Positions 12,801 to 22,225 of a stretch of 64,000 nucleotides of DNA are shown here, piece after piece; the first letter of the stretch is position 1; the number at the start of each line of letters is the position of its first letter. The DNA lies in IMG/VR virus record IMGVR_UViG_3300044631_002422, positions 1 to 64,000 of that record; one strand, 5' to 3'. A model generated the notes under the pieces. That model was not told where the DNA came from, searched no databases, and saw nothing but the letters and a program-made list of their open reading frames with translations. A program made the position numbers and the translations under genes. Source of the stretch: a virus.

Positions 12801-14212
12801 TTACCTTCAACCCCTTTAACAAAATCAGCATTGATTCCGGTCAACGTAGAAGGATCAACCCAATCAGTTCCAGTTGCAGTTGACTTTAATACCTGACCCG
12901 ATGTTCCGGGCTCATTATTGCTATCGTAGTAAGCTCCAGTAACACGAACATTTCCGCTAACATGCAACTTCTGCGACGGCGCTGTATCAAATCCAACCCC
13001 AACATTGCCAGAGTTATTGAAATTTATATTACGACCACTTGAGCTTGTAAATACAAAACTATTCGGCGTGGCCATATACTTCAAAGACATAGTTTGTCCT
13101 GAAGCAGTAAACGTTAAAAAATCAACTTCTGCCGTGGCTGTTGAGACATGAAATAAAGTAGCTGGACTAGTAGTGCCAATACCAACATTGCCACCAAAAT
13201 AACTATTGGCGGTTCCGGCTGTATAAATAGCATAACCAGTATTGTTGCTAGTCTCAATACTTCGCCAGTTGGCTGCGGCTGTCAGAGTAGGATTTACATA
13301 AACACCGCGAGTTATTCCGTTCGCGCCGCCAGTTTGATTGATGGTTGGAGCAATACCAACACCGGTATAAGTAAGAGTTCCACTGGTTGGTTGAAAGCTA
13401 TTTGTAGACGAAAAAATGGTTCTTGACCCAGCAGTGGCACTATACGGCTGCGAACAAGTAAAAACACTTTCACTACCCGTTCCAGCGGCGGATGCGTTGA
13501 CTATTCCATTAGCAGTAGAACCAATATAAAGGGCATTGGTTGTAGTTATTATACCGTTAGCAGCAATTGTTAATTGTGTCAAACTATTTGTCTGCAAAAC
13601 CAACCCTCTAGCAGTTCCAGTGCCAGCAGACTCTGTTCCGATTTCTAATACATTGCTATTCCATGAAATTTTAGCACGTTCGTAATTACTTGCATCTGTA
13701 TAGGTATTGTAAATTCTTAAAGTCTGCGGATTTACTCCGTTTCTTTGAGCAAATATACCAGAAGCATCTCTATGAAATTTAGTGTCACCAGATGAATCAA
13801 CCCCAATAAATGAGGTTGCCATCAAGGCGCCACAGAAGATATTAAATCCACCAGTTGAAATTACACCATTAATATCAACTCTGCCAGATTTTGCAACCTT
13901 AAACATAGATGTGCCGCCGACTTGCAAATCCATAAGCAATGAATTCGCATTACTTGCAGTGTCAGTAACATTTAGCTTCCAAGCAGTTGGAACACCAGTT
14001 GTATTCCAAGTTGTTGATGCATCTATCAAACTAGTCGCACTAGAACCAGTCAGAGATTGACCCGACAAAACCAAGGCAAGAAAAGAAGGAGAGTCAGAAG
14101 TGCCAAGTCCAAGAAGAGTTCTTTGGGCAGAAGCATTTGCGGCAGTTAGTAAAGCTCGTCCAGCTGTAGTAGAATCTATTATCGAGGTTGATGGAAAACC
14201 CAGTATTGCCAT
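6827..14212 (-). CDS. Long tail fibre / receptor-binding protein (2461 aa)
   Basis: Many GNVGIGT(T)xP and ERMRI motifs typical of phage fibre shafts, plus NADLLDGQHG; directly downstream of the major capsid gene. Confidence 0.8.
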   Translation of the reverse strand: MAILGFPSTSIIDSTTAGRALLTAANASAQRTLLGLGTSDSPSFLALVLSGQSLTGSSATSLIDASTTWNTTGVPTAWKLNVTDTASNANSLLMDLQVGGTSMFKVAKSGRVDINGVISTGGFNIFCGALMATSFIGVDSSGDTKFHRDASGIFAQRNGVNPQTLRIYNTYTDASNYERAKISWNSNVLEIGTESAGTGTARGLVLQTNSLTQLTIAANGIITTTNALYIGSTANGIVNASAAGTGSESVFTCSQPYSATAGSRTIFSSTNSFQPTSGTLTYTGVGIAPTINQTGGANGITRGVYVNPTLTAAANWRSIETSNNTGYAIYTAGTANSYFGGNVGIGTTSPATLFHVSTATAEVDFLTFTASGQTMSLKYMATPNSFVFTSSSGRNINFNNSGNVGVGFDTAPSQKLHVSGNVRVTGAYYDSNNEPGTSGQVLKSTATGTDWVDPSTLTGINADFVKGVEGNRFVENLQTGVLYGGVITVNALDNSKVDISAGVGIIVSAGASTTALPIPTVTTVTWTAKTAVTLTYLATSEVTWFSINSSGNVVQSSSAWSDSGYETELPLGVAVHPNNTSISFAKPAPHLSYGQSTLVDPFVRAFGPLKLSGNTISAYSTNLQISRSSGTSYSIGSNYLNDPNNPNIVSDTNASPIGAVHYYFKNGSGGFNIQIGSLVDPTKYDNGSGTLQTASGGKYTIQRIFSCPTQPTLIGIYYGGEEYNSIQAAEANIPYEVFSESELTSNQGVFCGYLIVKSNTTNLSNTADAKFIQAGLFRSISTVTAGGQAITSLDDLTDVVITSPVNGNFLRYNSANSSWVNGTGVDGTGTTNYVPKWSDSDTLANSLIFDNGTNVGIGTISTLARLHVKGSGNTSATFGINLEDSAGVHVFRVRDDGGIHVGPTTGASSGAFISPSDGTDNIGTTTSSGLRYRSALGTSVAGADHYFRNYQGNRQFSSGTGSLVQVSAPFYPTSGTGVWAGIQIDSIINQTGGANGITRGLWVNSNLIAAANYRAIETNNNSGWAFYGSGTAPSYFAGNVGIGTTTTNAPLQFANTTVNRKIVLWDTNNNDHQFYGLGISSGILRYQASSTLDNHVFYAGASVSSSNELMRITGGGLVGINRNPPGGMLHMVCNAAGTKGLIVQAATSQTANLQEWQNSAGTPLSYIQPSGVFRSDITTGTAPFTVASTTVVTNLNADLLDGQHGSYYTTYVQSRLQNLVTNGSGLLGNNTNFSTITFNAAERFSGGGSFVYNGADNAITNDELIPVDIGKIHRYTYYAKLLSKSEVSETPTHYGMVVSYDADGLLIQPFNCQKVVGSTYTTLALPLNPGDPTITLTNATGWYSGPNSHQRTIGFHPYTNGQGYTYPDYTYTRNYMVGAWAEGGISGNVITLAVPYSGVARPAGTKVANHQSGGTYDYIAGGNVPTQTSWTKYEGVIGPTGSFYSALTEGTTVSSTGDMLTAPGGFRHGVAFMRIGWLLSYNTPVGTAQTALSAISFGLDPRYDDFYRAVSDGSAISPSFSFTNDTNTGMFRPATDEIGFSTSASERMRITAAGNVVIGATTTSDKFRVAGGNIQVDAGYGIRCSDNFRLYDATNSIDRFLFSSNNIYNTRNSGSHIFQHNGSQTAVLNSSGNMGIGVVSPTAKLDITGQTGATGYSLLLRSGEAGAGTSAIQIAFGFNASSEYRHAIRTRHNSAAAANNAIDFWLWQQGVDAAGTVGSLRAMTIDGANGGSVGIGTASPSQRAHIFGGSLLINKTVANDDKIFIGSLIADSDANDRLRLTPFKLMLNSNTQSFTISGDNLDYSYMILYSRGHATNAGQVVIRSWSNAAGPLLTYFTPTGVGIGASAPTVTLDVAGSAELKNGLTAQAFRVYNTYTDGSNYERAKFVWSSNVLQIGTENAGTGTSRSMEFQTAGVTRATLSNDGYFSIGVAASSSYRLLVKGASDVSGYSAGFTNQSDQNLFRISNPGVVEIGNDNQKTSFYPYSSGAGIDGFGTLAQSGDLAICFSSNRTTTGGMSGGVVSITRSASETQTSGLTTYLVVGQLPANSFAPTSGTGTWVGAYIRARINQTGGASGITRGLYVNPVLTAAADWRSVETGNNSGWAFYGAGTAQSYFGGNVGIGASPSTLLEVSGANGSNIIRSTTTTNLGTTAWAGVTAHDIQFYNADPSGAGIYSAIRIIGSADSGVSGGGTAQYDFTIWTGGYNNTLSERLRVNSIGNVGIGTTDPQYSLDVYSSSSVFGNGDNGRIIITDDYYGGELGIMTDNDEILASKHSDGTFRYGGGAPGYEPIVVSGSYVGINTDTPGSELDVKGTLRLSGSSSGYVGFAPAAAAGSTTYTLPSADGSNGQALTTNGSATLSWATVSSASGYSVSSVSTTTNVSATSGEIVYLVNATSGSVTMNLPTAVGNTAKITVKKTDSSANTVVVDANSTQTIDGSLTKTIEFQYTSITLISDNANWFII

Positions 14213-14308
14213 TTGTTAATTTTCCCGTTTGTTATATAGATATTTGCTTTTGTGAAACGGCAAGCAAAGTTGTTGTTTTGTTCAACTATTTATACACAAT
14301 AAAACAGA

Positions 14309-14338
14309 AAAAGCCATCTCTTTCGAAATGGCTTTTAT
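14309..14338 (-). terminator. Intrinsic terminator after major capsid gene
   Basis: AAAAGCCAT-N10-ATGGCTTTT hairpin with A/T tails. Confidence 0.55.
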
Positions 14339-14369
14339 TAGAAAAATCAGCGCTACGAGAACGGCTTCG

Positions 14370-15368
14370 TTAGAACGAGCCAGCGATGATTCTACGATTG
14401 TCCAGAACGCCGAAACCAATTTCAGCCCAGCCGTAGTAGCCTTGTCGTTGATGACGATGAAGAGCAGGATCTTCAAAGATCTCAACTTCTTTCTTGACAG
14501 GCATAACGAAACTGTCATTGGCGCTCTTGTCGATACCAATAACCAACTCAACGTCGCCCGATTCGATTGAACCACCGAGATCGCTAGTAAAGTAGGTTTG
14601 GTATTCTTGACCATCGCCAAATTCAAACAGGTCATTCAGCGTAACACCGAAAACTCGGGTCAAAGCAGGACCGTCCGAAGAAGCGACATAAATTTCTCTA
14701 CGAGAAACTTCGTCAAGCTGATCAACGCCCCAGTTGCGAATATCTTCGATAGCTTCTGGAGACATATAAAGGTCAGTCAAACGTCCCGGAGCAGTAACAT
14801 TGTTACCGCCGCCGTTTCGACGCATAACAGTCTTCATCAAGCTAACAAGACGCTTGGTGAACTGACCAGCAGCAGCATCGCCGTCGTAAACCAAAATGTT
14901 ACGATCTACAGCAGCTGCGAGCAAAGTGTGCCAACCGTCATCATTGATCTTCTTGACAAAAGAAGATTCAAGAACTTGCATAGCGCGACCAATGACGTTC
15001 CAGTTAGCTTCACGGGCATACTTCAGCAAGAAATCAATCGAGCTTGTGATGCCGTAGGTGTTGATCATAACGTAATCACCTTCAACATGACGTTCTGGGA
15101 TACGTCCGTTGCCGGGATTGGTAAACGCAACATGATCAACTTCAGTTCCGGGAGCCAAAAGGTCCAACGGAAATTCAGGTGATGCGCCGGGTTCCAGAGG
15201 CATTGGCTCATAGATGCCACGAACAACATCGCCAAACAAAACGCCCTTTCGCAATGGAAGTTCGAGAGCCTTAGCAATCTCGCGTTGTGCTTCCATAGCG
15301 ATGGATTTGTCAGAATCACCGGATCGCTTAAGCAATTCGATGAACTCAGGTGTAGGTCTATCTTTCAT
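14370..15368 (-). CDS. Major capsid protein (HK97-like)
   Basis: 332 aa; gene order portal, protease/scaffold, decoration, MCP; C-terminal GYYGWAEIGFGVLD strand pattern; strong AAGGAG RBS. Confidence 0.8.
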   Translation of the reverse strand: MKDRPTPEFIELLKRSGDSDKSIAMEAQREIAKALELPLRKGVLFGDVVRGIYEPMPLEPGASPEFPLDLLAPGTEVDHVAFTNPGNGRIPERHVEGDYVMINTYGITSSIDFLLKYAREANWNVIGRAMQVLESSFVKKINDDGWHTLLAAAVDRNILVYDGDAAAGQFTKRLVSLMKTVMRRNGGGNNVTAPGRLTDLYMSPEAIEDIRNWGVDQLDEVSRREIYVASSDGPALTRVFGVTLNDLFEFGDGQEYQTYFTSDLGGSIESGDVELVIGIDKSANDSFVMPVKKEVEIFEDPALHRHQRQGYYGWAEIGFGVLDNRRIIAGSF

Positions 15369-15398
15369 TATCTTTTCTCCTTTGTTTTGAATTATAAA

Positions 15399-15878
15399 TT
15401 AGTTGTTCGGCAGATTGATATGGACTTTAGCAAAACCATATTGGTCAACACCACTGAGGAAGCGGCCAACAGCACCAACAGTTCGTGAACCAGAAATCTG
15501 GTTGGAAACTGTAGGAGATGCCAAAAGACCGCTATGACCAAGGTAAGCCAAGTCACCGCCAGCAGGAGTTCCCTGCAAGCTATCGGTAACAACCCAACCC
15601 TTGGTAAGGAGAGTGACCTTGCCACCCTTCTGAACTTCGTCTTTATGCTGATTCAGATGTTGGCGAGTCAGATCGATATTAACCATATCATTGAGCAGCA
15701 AACCCAGCGGAACCTTGCCCGAAGGATTAGCAGAATAAGTAACTAAAGCAGCGCCAGCGTCCATAGCTGCACCGCTACCAGCGGTACTCAGAGAGGCGAT
15801 GCCACCGCGAGTTGCGACTTCATTCATGAAGAACGAAATATCTGTTTCGAGAGTAGATCTATCTTGTTTAAGAGCCAT
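15399..15878 (-). CDS. Capsid decoration/cement protein
   Basis: 159 aa, Gly-rich beta protein (PLGLLLND...GDLAYL...VGRFLS) between scaffold and MCP. Confidence 0.6.
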   Translation of the reverse strand: MALKQDRSTLETDISFFMNEVATRGGIASLSTAGSGAAMDAGAALVTYSANPSGKVPLGLLLNDMVNIDLTRQHLNQHKDEVQKGGKVTLLTKGWVVTDSLQGTPAGGDLAYLGHSGLLASPTVSNQISGSRTVGAVGRFLSGVDQYGFAKVHINLPNN

Positions 15879-15908
15879 TATATATTCTCCTGTAAAATTA
15901 AATTAGAA

Positions 15909-17381
15909 TTACTTGTTATACTTTAGAACGGAGCCAATCCATTCAGTAGCAACAGCACGAAGATTGCTTGCAGTATCTTCGGCCACTGCTTCAGCAATGG
16001 CTACGCCTGAAGGAGTTTCAACAGCATCAAGAATTTCGTCGTTAGCTTCAGCAGCATCAACGTCATCAGCCTTGGCTGGCTTCTTCGCATCTTCCTTCAT
16101 CATTTTGTCTTTCATCACTGCCTTCTTCTTCATCATAACGGCAACAACCCGATCAAAGGTTTCGTCGTCAAGATTTTCAAATTCAGCAACGGTAGAAGTA
16201 GCATCTTCAGCGTCCAGACCAGCTTCTTCAAGCTGCGCCTTTCGCTTCGACATTGTTTCCTTCTTTTTCATCTGCTTCATTTCTTCCATTTTGTCTTGCA
16301 TTTCTTTATTCTTCATAGCAATGGTCTCTTCGGCCTGCTTGAGAGATTCGGCAAGAGTTTCGGCTTCAGCGATTTGCTTTTGCAGCTTTTCGGTCTGTTC
16401 AGCAATTGTGGTTTCCAAGGACTTAATCGTTGCTTCAAATTCAGCCTGCTGCCCTTGGGCAACTTGCTGCTTGAGCGCTTCGTTAGCAGCCTTAGCTTCT
16501 GCTAACTCGGCTCGCAAGTCTTCAACTTGCTTTGTTAAAAGGTCTGACATATCATTCTCCTGTAATGAAGATAAAGATAAAGTTTGTGCTTGAGATTCAT
16601 CAAAAAAATCATTTCCTTCCAGAATTATACTTCGTGGGTTAGCAGGTTTGGAAACTAAGCCTTTACCAGAGAACGATAAGTTTCTTAATAATCTTCCCAC
16701 TTGGTAATCTTCGTATTTTCCATCTCCTCCATATGATCTTAAATGTTTTGTTAGAAATGCCGATGCTTCATTTCTTTTTATAACCTTCAATTCCCCTTTG
16801 CTGCTTTTTAAAGCATAATCAAAGTTAGGAAAAAGGCATTCCATTGATACAAACCATTTGTTTTCTTCTATCTCTGCAATAATCTTTCTCATTCTTTCCC
16901 TTTGTTCAGGGTCAGACCAAGAAGTATAAATTACAGCAGAAGTAAGAATATTAAACTCACTAGGAACATCTCTAGAATTTGAGTCGATTTTATTTCCCTC
17001 AAAATCTACAACTTCGTTTGCAGTAATGTGTCCGATTATATCTTTCTCATTATGCATGAAGTTAAATGGCTTGTCCTCGGGAGTATCTTTTGCATTCCAA
17101 AGCTCACTTGAATCAAAAACATCATCGTTTTTGTTCCAACCGGTGCTAACCAGAATTGATTTAATATAGTACAAGTCGATTTGGTTTTTATTTTCTGCTA
17201 CGGCCAACTCTTCGTTTGGGCTTGCTGTCATTATCTTCTGTATTTTTTCTACCGTCTCGGAAGACGGCTCGAAGAATTGGGCAACAGCGCAACAAGCAAT
17301 AGAGTTATTGCTGATAGCCTTTTCCAAGCCATCTCTTATTTCTTGTTCGTATACTTTTATTTTCATATTTGGATTCTCCAT
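15909..17381 (-). CDS. Prohead protease-scaffold fusion (start possibly 17366)
   Basis: N-terminal NKNDDVF, MHNEKDIIGHI, VSMEC and PANP motifs of head-maturation proteases; C-terminal acidic coiled coil. Confidence 0.75.
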   Translation of the reverse strand: MENPNMKIKVYEQEIRDGLEKAISNNSIACCAVAQFFEPSSETVEKIQKIMTASPNEELAVAENKNQIDLYYIKSILVSTGWNKNDDVFDSSELWNAKDTPEDKPFNFMHNEKDIIGHITANEVVDFEGNKIDSNSRDVPSEFNILTSAVIYTSWSDPEQRERMRKIIAEIEENKWFVSMECLFPNFDYALKSSKGELKVIKRNEASAFLTKHLRSYGGDGKYEDYQVGRLLRNLSFSGKGLVSKPANPRSIILEGNDFFDESQAQTLSLSSLQENDMSDLLTKQVEDLRAELAEAKAANEALKQQVAQGQQAEFEATIKSLETTIAEQTEKLQKQIAEAETLAESLKQAEETIAMKNKEMQDKMEEMKQMKKKETMSKRKAQLEEAGLDAEDATSTVAEFENLDDETFDRVVAVMMKKKAVMKDKMMKEDAKKPAKADDVDAAEANDEILDAVETPSGVAIAEAVAEDTASNLRAVATEWIGSVLKYNK

Positions 17382-17423
17382 AACGGATATTACACAAAAT
17401 TTAATTTTTGTGGATTATTTTAC

Positions 17424-19544
17424 CTAAATATCGCTAGATTCAGAAAACATCTCGACATAAACAGAAGCATAAATATGGCGCATTTCTACGGTATTTGGCT
17501 TTCTTTGACGAACTGAACTAAAAGCCTCCTGTTTGGAGTCAACTAATTCAGTAAAAGCAGCGCTTGGTTTGGTGTTTAATTGAAGAATCTTTTGTATAAC
17601 TTCTGGAGTAACTTCTATTAATGGCTCTAAACCAGTAAATATACATAACTTTAAATATTCAAGATCATCCACTTCAGACTTGCTCAAAGCCCTAGCGTCT
17701 TTTTTATTGAAATGCGCACAAGCGATAGGGGTCATAACTTCAGATATTTTTTCTTGAGCTTCAATTCCCCAAAGAGTTGCCGATGTTGGTTCGCCACTTC
17801 TTGGTAAAACACGCCTTTGTTTACGAGGCGCGGTATCTCTTGAAAAAGAAGGTCTTCCAGATTGTTGCGATGGAGCGGCTGGTTTTTTACCTGTTGGGCT
17901 TGGAGCAACCGTAGCTGGCGGAGCATTTGTGGCAGGAAGACCAATCTGTTCAAGATATTCTTTTGAATCTAAAACATCCTTAGTCATTGCTATTTTAGCC
18001 ATATCTTCACGATGATGTGGATTATGATATGGACCAGCTTTTTTAGGCGTGTCTGAGTCATTCATTCTTTCTCTTTCTTCTCTTCGAACTCTTACTCTTT
18101 CGATGCTAGGAATTTCCCGGAATCGTTCAAGTAAAGTTTCTTGAGAAATTATATCACGATCAGCAAGATCCATAAGGAGTTTCTTTTGGGCAGCTTCGTC
18201 CGATAAAACAATAGAGTCAAAATGTATTTCAGCTGGAAGTCTAAAACCCATTGCTTTTCTGATGTACTCTATTTCTTGCTGCCAAAATTGAGTTAGTATT
18301 TCTCTTCCATATTCTAATCTTTCAATCAAAGTTTTGAGAGAAACATAGTTGTTTGTATATCCACCATTTCCAGAAGCTCCAGTTAAAGTTGGAGGAATTC
18401 CAAGACCAGCATAAATACTTGTTAATACTGGCTGATATTTCTCAGAACCTAAAAACTTATAAACCTGAGAATTACTCTCGGTAAATTTAAGCTCTGGACC
18501 CCAAACCAAATCCATTGTTCCGCCGCCAACATTACTTGCAAGAATGTCGCGAATTTTTTGCAGACCAGCTTTTGTTGGCACAATTTTTTGCTCGAAATCA
18601 CCAACAGTCCACAATCTAACCTGACTGATAGCACCATCCAAAGCCGCAAGATCAGCCAGCTTCATTTTTTCCAACATGCGAATATCATCAAGAATCGCAT
18701 AAATCATAGGATTAGCCCAAAGTAGCCAATCATCTTTCTTGTAATGATAAAAGAACGTATCTTCATTTATTGGAATTCTTCGGTCGCCATTTTGTAATCT
18801 TTGTTGTAAATCGGTTGGTAAAGTTTTAAATGCATTATTGTTTGTATTTGATGTTTGCATCAAAGACTGATATGTATACTTGGAAATATTCAAGTAAAAC
18901 TTTGGCTTGCCAACAGCAAGCAACCCAGCATCATCAATTTCTACAGCTAAAGGATTTAGAAAATCATAAACCCAAGGAATTTCGCGGCGTGGAATCTTCG
19001 AATCTTCAATAATTACATCAGCGCCAGCAGCACGACGAAGTTCTGCTTCTTTATTGCGGTTTATTTTTGCTGTACGTCGCTGAACAATAACATTGCCGCA
19101 ACGATAAAGATAATTTAAAAATCTTTCAGACCGGTCGTAACCTTTAATTTGAGCGAACCATTTTCTATAAAATTTTTCAATTGTTTTATTTGGGTGTACA
19201 AGCACAAGCCCCTGACTAGCAAAGTCGCTCATAAGATCAATAACATTACGAATAATACCAACCCTATCGTAAGCAACCATACAAGCCGCCATTATTTTCT
19301 TTTGACGAGTCGGAATAGATTCGCCCGGACGAAAAGCGTCATAATCAGAACGATCAAAAGAAGGACGAACAGTGCGATTTGGCTCGATATCTAGATATGT
19401 TTGCTTTCTGTATGTTCCATCATAACCATTTCCGTGAGCGGAGCTTCTATAAACGATACCATCATATCCATCTAGAATTGTAGAATCATATACCTTTTCT
19501 TTATCCGAGTCGCTGGCCCATGTTTGATAGAGTGGTTCAGACAT
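17424..19544 (-). CDS. Portal protein
   Basis: 706 aa between terminase and protease; IYAGLGIPPTLTG and ISQETLLE motifs. Confidence 0.8.
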   Translation of the reverse strand: MSEPLYQTWASDSDKEKVYDSTILDGYDGIVYRSSAHGNGYDGTYRKQTYLDIEPNRTVRPSFDRSDYDAFRPGESIPTRQKKIMAACMVAYDRVGIIRNVIDLMSDFASQGLVLVHPNKTIEKFYRKWFAQIKGYDRSERFLNYLYRCGNVIVQRRTAKINRNKEAELRRAAGADVIIEDSKIPRREIPWVYDFLNPLAVEIDDAGLLAVGKPKFYLNISKYTYQSLMQTSNTNNNAFKTLPTDLQQRLQNGDRRIPINEDTFFYHYKKDDWLLWANPMIYAILDDIRMLEKMKLADLAALDGAISQVRLWTVGDFEQKIVPTKAGLQKIRDILASNVGGGTMDLVWGPELKFTESNSQVYKFLGSEKYQPVLTSIYAGLGIPPTLTGASGNGGYTNNYVSLKTLIERLEYGREILTQFWQQEIEYIRKAMGFRLPAEIHFDSIVLSDEAAQKKLLMDLADRDIISQETLLERFREIPSIERVRVRREERERMNDSDTPKKAGPYHNPHHREDMAKIAMTKDVLDSKEYLEQIGLPATNAPPATVAPSPTGKKPAAPSQQSGRPSFSRDTAPRKQRRVLPRSGEPTSATLWGIEAQEKISEVMTPIACAHFNKKDARALSKSEVDDLEYLKLCIFTGLEPLIEVTPEVIQKILQLNTKPSAAFTELVDSKQEAFSSVRQRKPNTVEMRHIYASVYVEMFSESSDI

Positions 19545-19607
19545 TTGTATTGTTTCCTATTTAATTGAATTGTCAATCATATCGTCAATTATATTACTAT
19601 ACACATT

Positions 19608-21590
19608 CTAATACAAACCCTGTACTTTTTCAGTAAACCAAGAGGGTCCAGCAAATAACTTGTCGTTGCTGTAATCATAAAAAGCCGGTTGACCGCCGCG
19701 AGCAAAGCCCCCAATAGCTCCAGTTTCCATTGTGGTTTTTTCTGTAAGAAGACTTCTGGCAGACATATTGGCCATAATTAAAGATGAATAACGATCTTTT
19801 CTGAGTCTGTTTTTTCTACCGGTTCCGGTTTTAACTTCTGGGGTATCCCATCGCTCGCGACCATTTTGTGTTTGTGTCATAACTATCATAGAAAGTTCAT
19901 CCTTCAACTCTTCTATTTCCATCACACAATCTTCTAGTGTATCGTATTTTCTTCCTACGGACTTATCTACCTCCAACGACAATCCCAAGCTAACAGAGTC
20001 AAAATAAGGAAATAAAATAATCTTATCTTCAAAATCTTTTCTTAATCCGTGATTAGCTTCCGCCAACCATTCAGATCTTGCAAACTGACACATTCGCAAT
20101 ATATGCAAGCCCTGTTTATCATCAGTATCTTTTGCTTTTTCTTCAATAACAGGCCATATTGGAAGTTCACCTTCGGGAATTTTGTCCTTGTCATGCAAAG
20201 CTTCCATAACAGCAATACCACCGCCCTGCGCGTCCATTGCTATTTCAGAGCAAGGAAATGACTTCATCAACTTTCTTATTTTCTTTGCGCAGAAAGAATA
20301 AAAATCATCCTCTTCGACTATTTTAGATTTAACTAATTCCTTGTGCGATTTTCTGTTTGTAGTCCAGCAATGTACTATTTTTCTATGATCGCTATTTACT
20401 TCCATGACAACAATACTAAAGTTGTCAACTTCAGAAGCGGGATCAACCCCGAATACATATTTTTTATCTGAATCGCCAGTAAGACTAGCCTCAAAACAAA
20501 TTTCGCCAGATTGAAGTCTTACTGGTTTTGATGGAGATACGGTACATGATTCTATTAAACTACGCTTGAAAAAGCCTTGGCTATCGCTAGTAAAAATAGC
20601 CCCATACTCCATTTGAAAAATACCAGAGTGAACAGTTGCTTTTGCTCGTCCAATTTGGCCAGCGTCCATAAACCCTTCTGGAAGTTTATCGACAGGTATT
20701 CTTATCACTGAATAATTACGGTAGTCAAAGTCAACTGGAACTTCTCCGTTAAATATTTCTTCTAGCCTTCTTCTGTCTCCGCCACTTGACACAATAGCAT
20801 GATATCGCTTGAAGTACTCGGCAAAATGGTTGAAGTCATAATATGCAGTACCAGATAAAATAATTTGATTTGATTTATCGGAAGGATTTTCAGATTCATC
20901 CGGTTTGGCCATTGCTATTCCAAGCTCTTTTGCTTTTTTCTCTTTTGCCTTTTGTTTGACTTTTTCAATTGGAGAAGACGAAACAGCGGCAAAACCAGCC
21001 ACTACATTTTCAAAAATATCTCTCGGGATCGAGGCAAACTCATCGGCAATTATATCATTAGCGCGTTGGCCGCGAATTTTAGAACCATCACCAAGCGGAA
21101 GACATGTTATTGTACTTTGCCCAATATGCATAACACAACGATCAATATCGCGTCTAGGACCACTGTTGCTATCGCACAAATCTCGTAAAACTGGGGCGTT
21201 TTTCCATATTGTATCCATATATTCAAACAAAACTTTGGACTGTCTAAATGCAGCGCCCACAATAATTATCTTTCTGCGAGGCATAAACAAACCTCGAAGC
21301 AATGGATACACCGAAAGTATAAAACTTTTACCCATACCACGGCTACCAACAAGCATGGGAAATTTACGGTTCCACATTTCATAAAGCAACAAAGACTGAA
21401 ATGGGCTAAGTTCAATATTTAATATATACTTACAAGCAAAGCTAAAATATTCTGGACGCATCATCAACCATGAAAGTCTTTTCAATAGAGTTTCGCCGTC
21501 CAAGAAGTCCTGCATTACAAAATCCATTGGATTGAACAACTCAGAATCATTTACATCTATATCAAGCCAAGCATCGTCTAGATTTTTCAT
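19608..21590 (-). CDS. Terminase large subunit
   Basis: SRGMGKS Walker A, IRGQRA, IIADE Walker B, FGVDPA nuclease motif and C-terminal KDRYSS. Confidence 0.92.
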   Translation of the reverse strand: MKNLDDAWLDIDVNDSELFNPMDFVMQDFLDGETLLKRLSWLMMRPEYFSFACKYILNIELSPFQSLLLYEMWNRKFPMLVGSRGMGKSFILSVYPLLRGLFMPRRKIIIVGAAFRQSKVLFEYMDTIWKNAPVLRDLCDSNSGPRRDIDRCVMHIGQSTITCLPLGDGSKIRGQRANDIIADEFASIPRDIFENVVAGFAAVSSSPIEKVKQKAKEKKAKELGIAMAKPDESENPSDKSNQIILSGTAYYDFNHFAEYFKRYHAIVSSGGDRRRLEEIFNGEVPVDFDYRNYSVIRIPVDKLPEGFMDAGQIGRAKATVHSGIFQMEYGAIFTSDSQGFFKRSLIESCTVSPSKPVRLQSGEICFEASLTGDSDKKYVFGVDPASEVDNFSIVVMEVNSDHRKIVHCWTTNRKSHKELVKSKIVEEDDFYSFCAKKIRKLMKSFPCSEIAMDAQGGGIAVMEALHDKDKIPEGELPIWPVIEEKAKDTDDKQGLHILRMCQFARSEWLAEANHGLRKDFEDKIILFPYFDSVSLGLSLEVDKSVGRKYDTLEDCVMEIEELKDELSMIVMTQTQNGRERWDTPEVKTGTGRKNRLRKDRYSSLIMANMSARSLLTEKTTMETGAIGGFARGGQPAFYDYSNDKLFAGPSWFTEKVQGLY

Positions 21591-22225
21591 AGTTTTAATG
21601 ATTTAGAAAAAAGACAATCGGCAAAACCATAATGCACAGATTCTTCTGCGGTTAAATACCAATCACCATCTTTCATTTTCCTTTTTATATAAGATTTAAC
21701 TTTTGAAAGCGAGTCGCCGCGATCTTTAAAATACTGGCCAGTTTTGTGACACTTTTCCGCGTAAATATCAACCATAGTTTGCATGTTGTGACGATCAATC
21801 ATTGCATAGTTGTGCGCACTTAGATAGTCACCAGAAAGCTCGCTCACCCCATAATGGCACATAAAAATACAACTTGGCATCAGTATTCTACGATAAGCAG
21901 CCTGCATAATGATTGTACCCATCGAGCAAATTTGACCATAACCAATTAATGTGATTCTACAGTTACACGATTTAATTACATCAAAAATACCCATACCAGA
22001 ATGCCAATCACCACCGATAGTTTGCATGTAAATTGTAATAGGGTCTTGACTTATGCTTTGAAGGATATTGATATTCTTCATGAAATTTTGACTCATTCTA
22101 AAATCAACGCCAGTGCTTTGATTTTCAGAAGCGTCTTCTTTTTCGTGTAAGTATATTATTCTATTTTCAAGATCAAGATTATAATCATGAATATCAGAAA
22201 TCGTATCGTTTTTGTCCTTCGGCAT
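21587..22225 (-). CDS. ClpP-like serine protease (peptidase S14)
   Basis: RIIYL, TIGG, CSMG (catalytic Ser), MCH (His) and DWYLTAEESVHYGFAD. Confidence 0.85.
   Translation of the reverse strand: MPKDKNDTISDIHDYNLDLENRIIYLHEKEDASENQSTGVDFRMSQNFMKNINILQSISQDPITIYMQTIGGDWHSGMGIFDVIKSCNCRITLIGYGQICSMGTIIMQAAYRRILMPSCIFMCHYGVSELSGDYLSAHNYAMIDRHNMQTMVDIYAEKCHKTGQYFKDRGDSLSKVKSYIKRKMKDGDWYLTAEESVHYGFADCLFSKSLKL

Noticed and set aside
748-14212. Diversity-generating retroelement acting on the fibre repeats
   Set aside because: No reverse transcriptase in the window; repeat differences appear mostly synonymous, not adenine-specific
956-21384. Plus-strand ORFs over the structural module (e.g. 14598-15182, 15913-16593, 20905-21384)
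   Set aside because: Antisense shadows of long minus-strand genes, with no motifs or evident RBS
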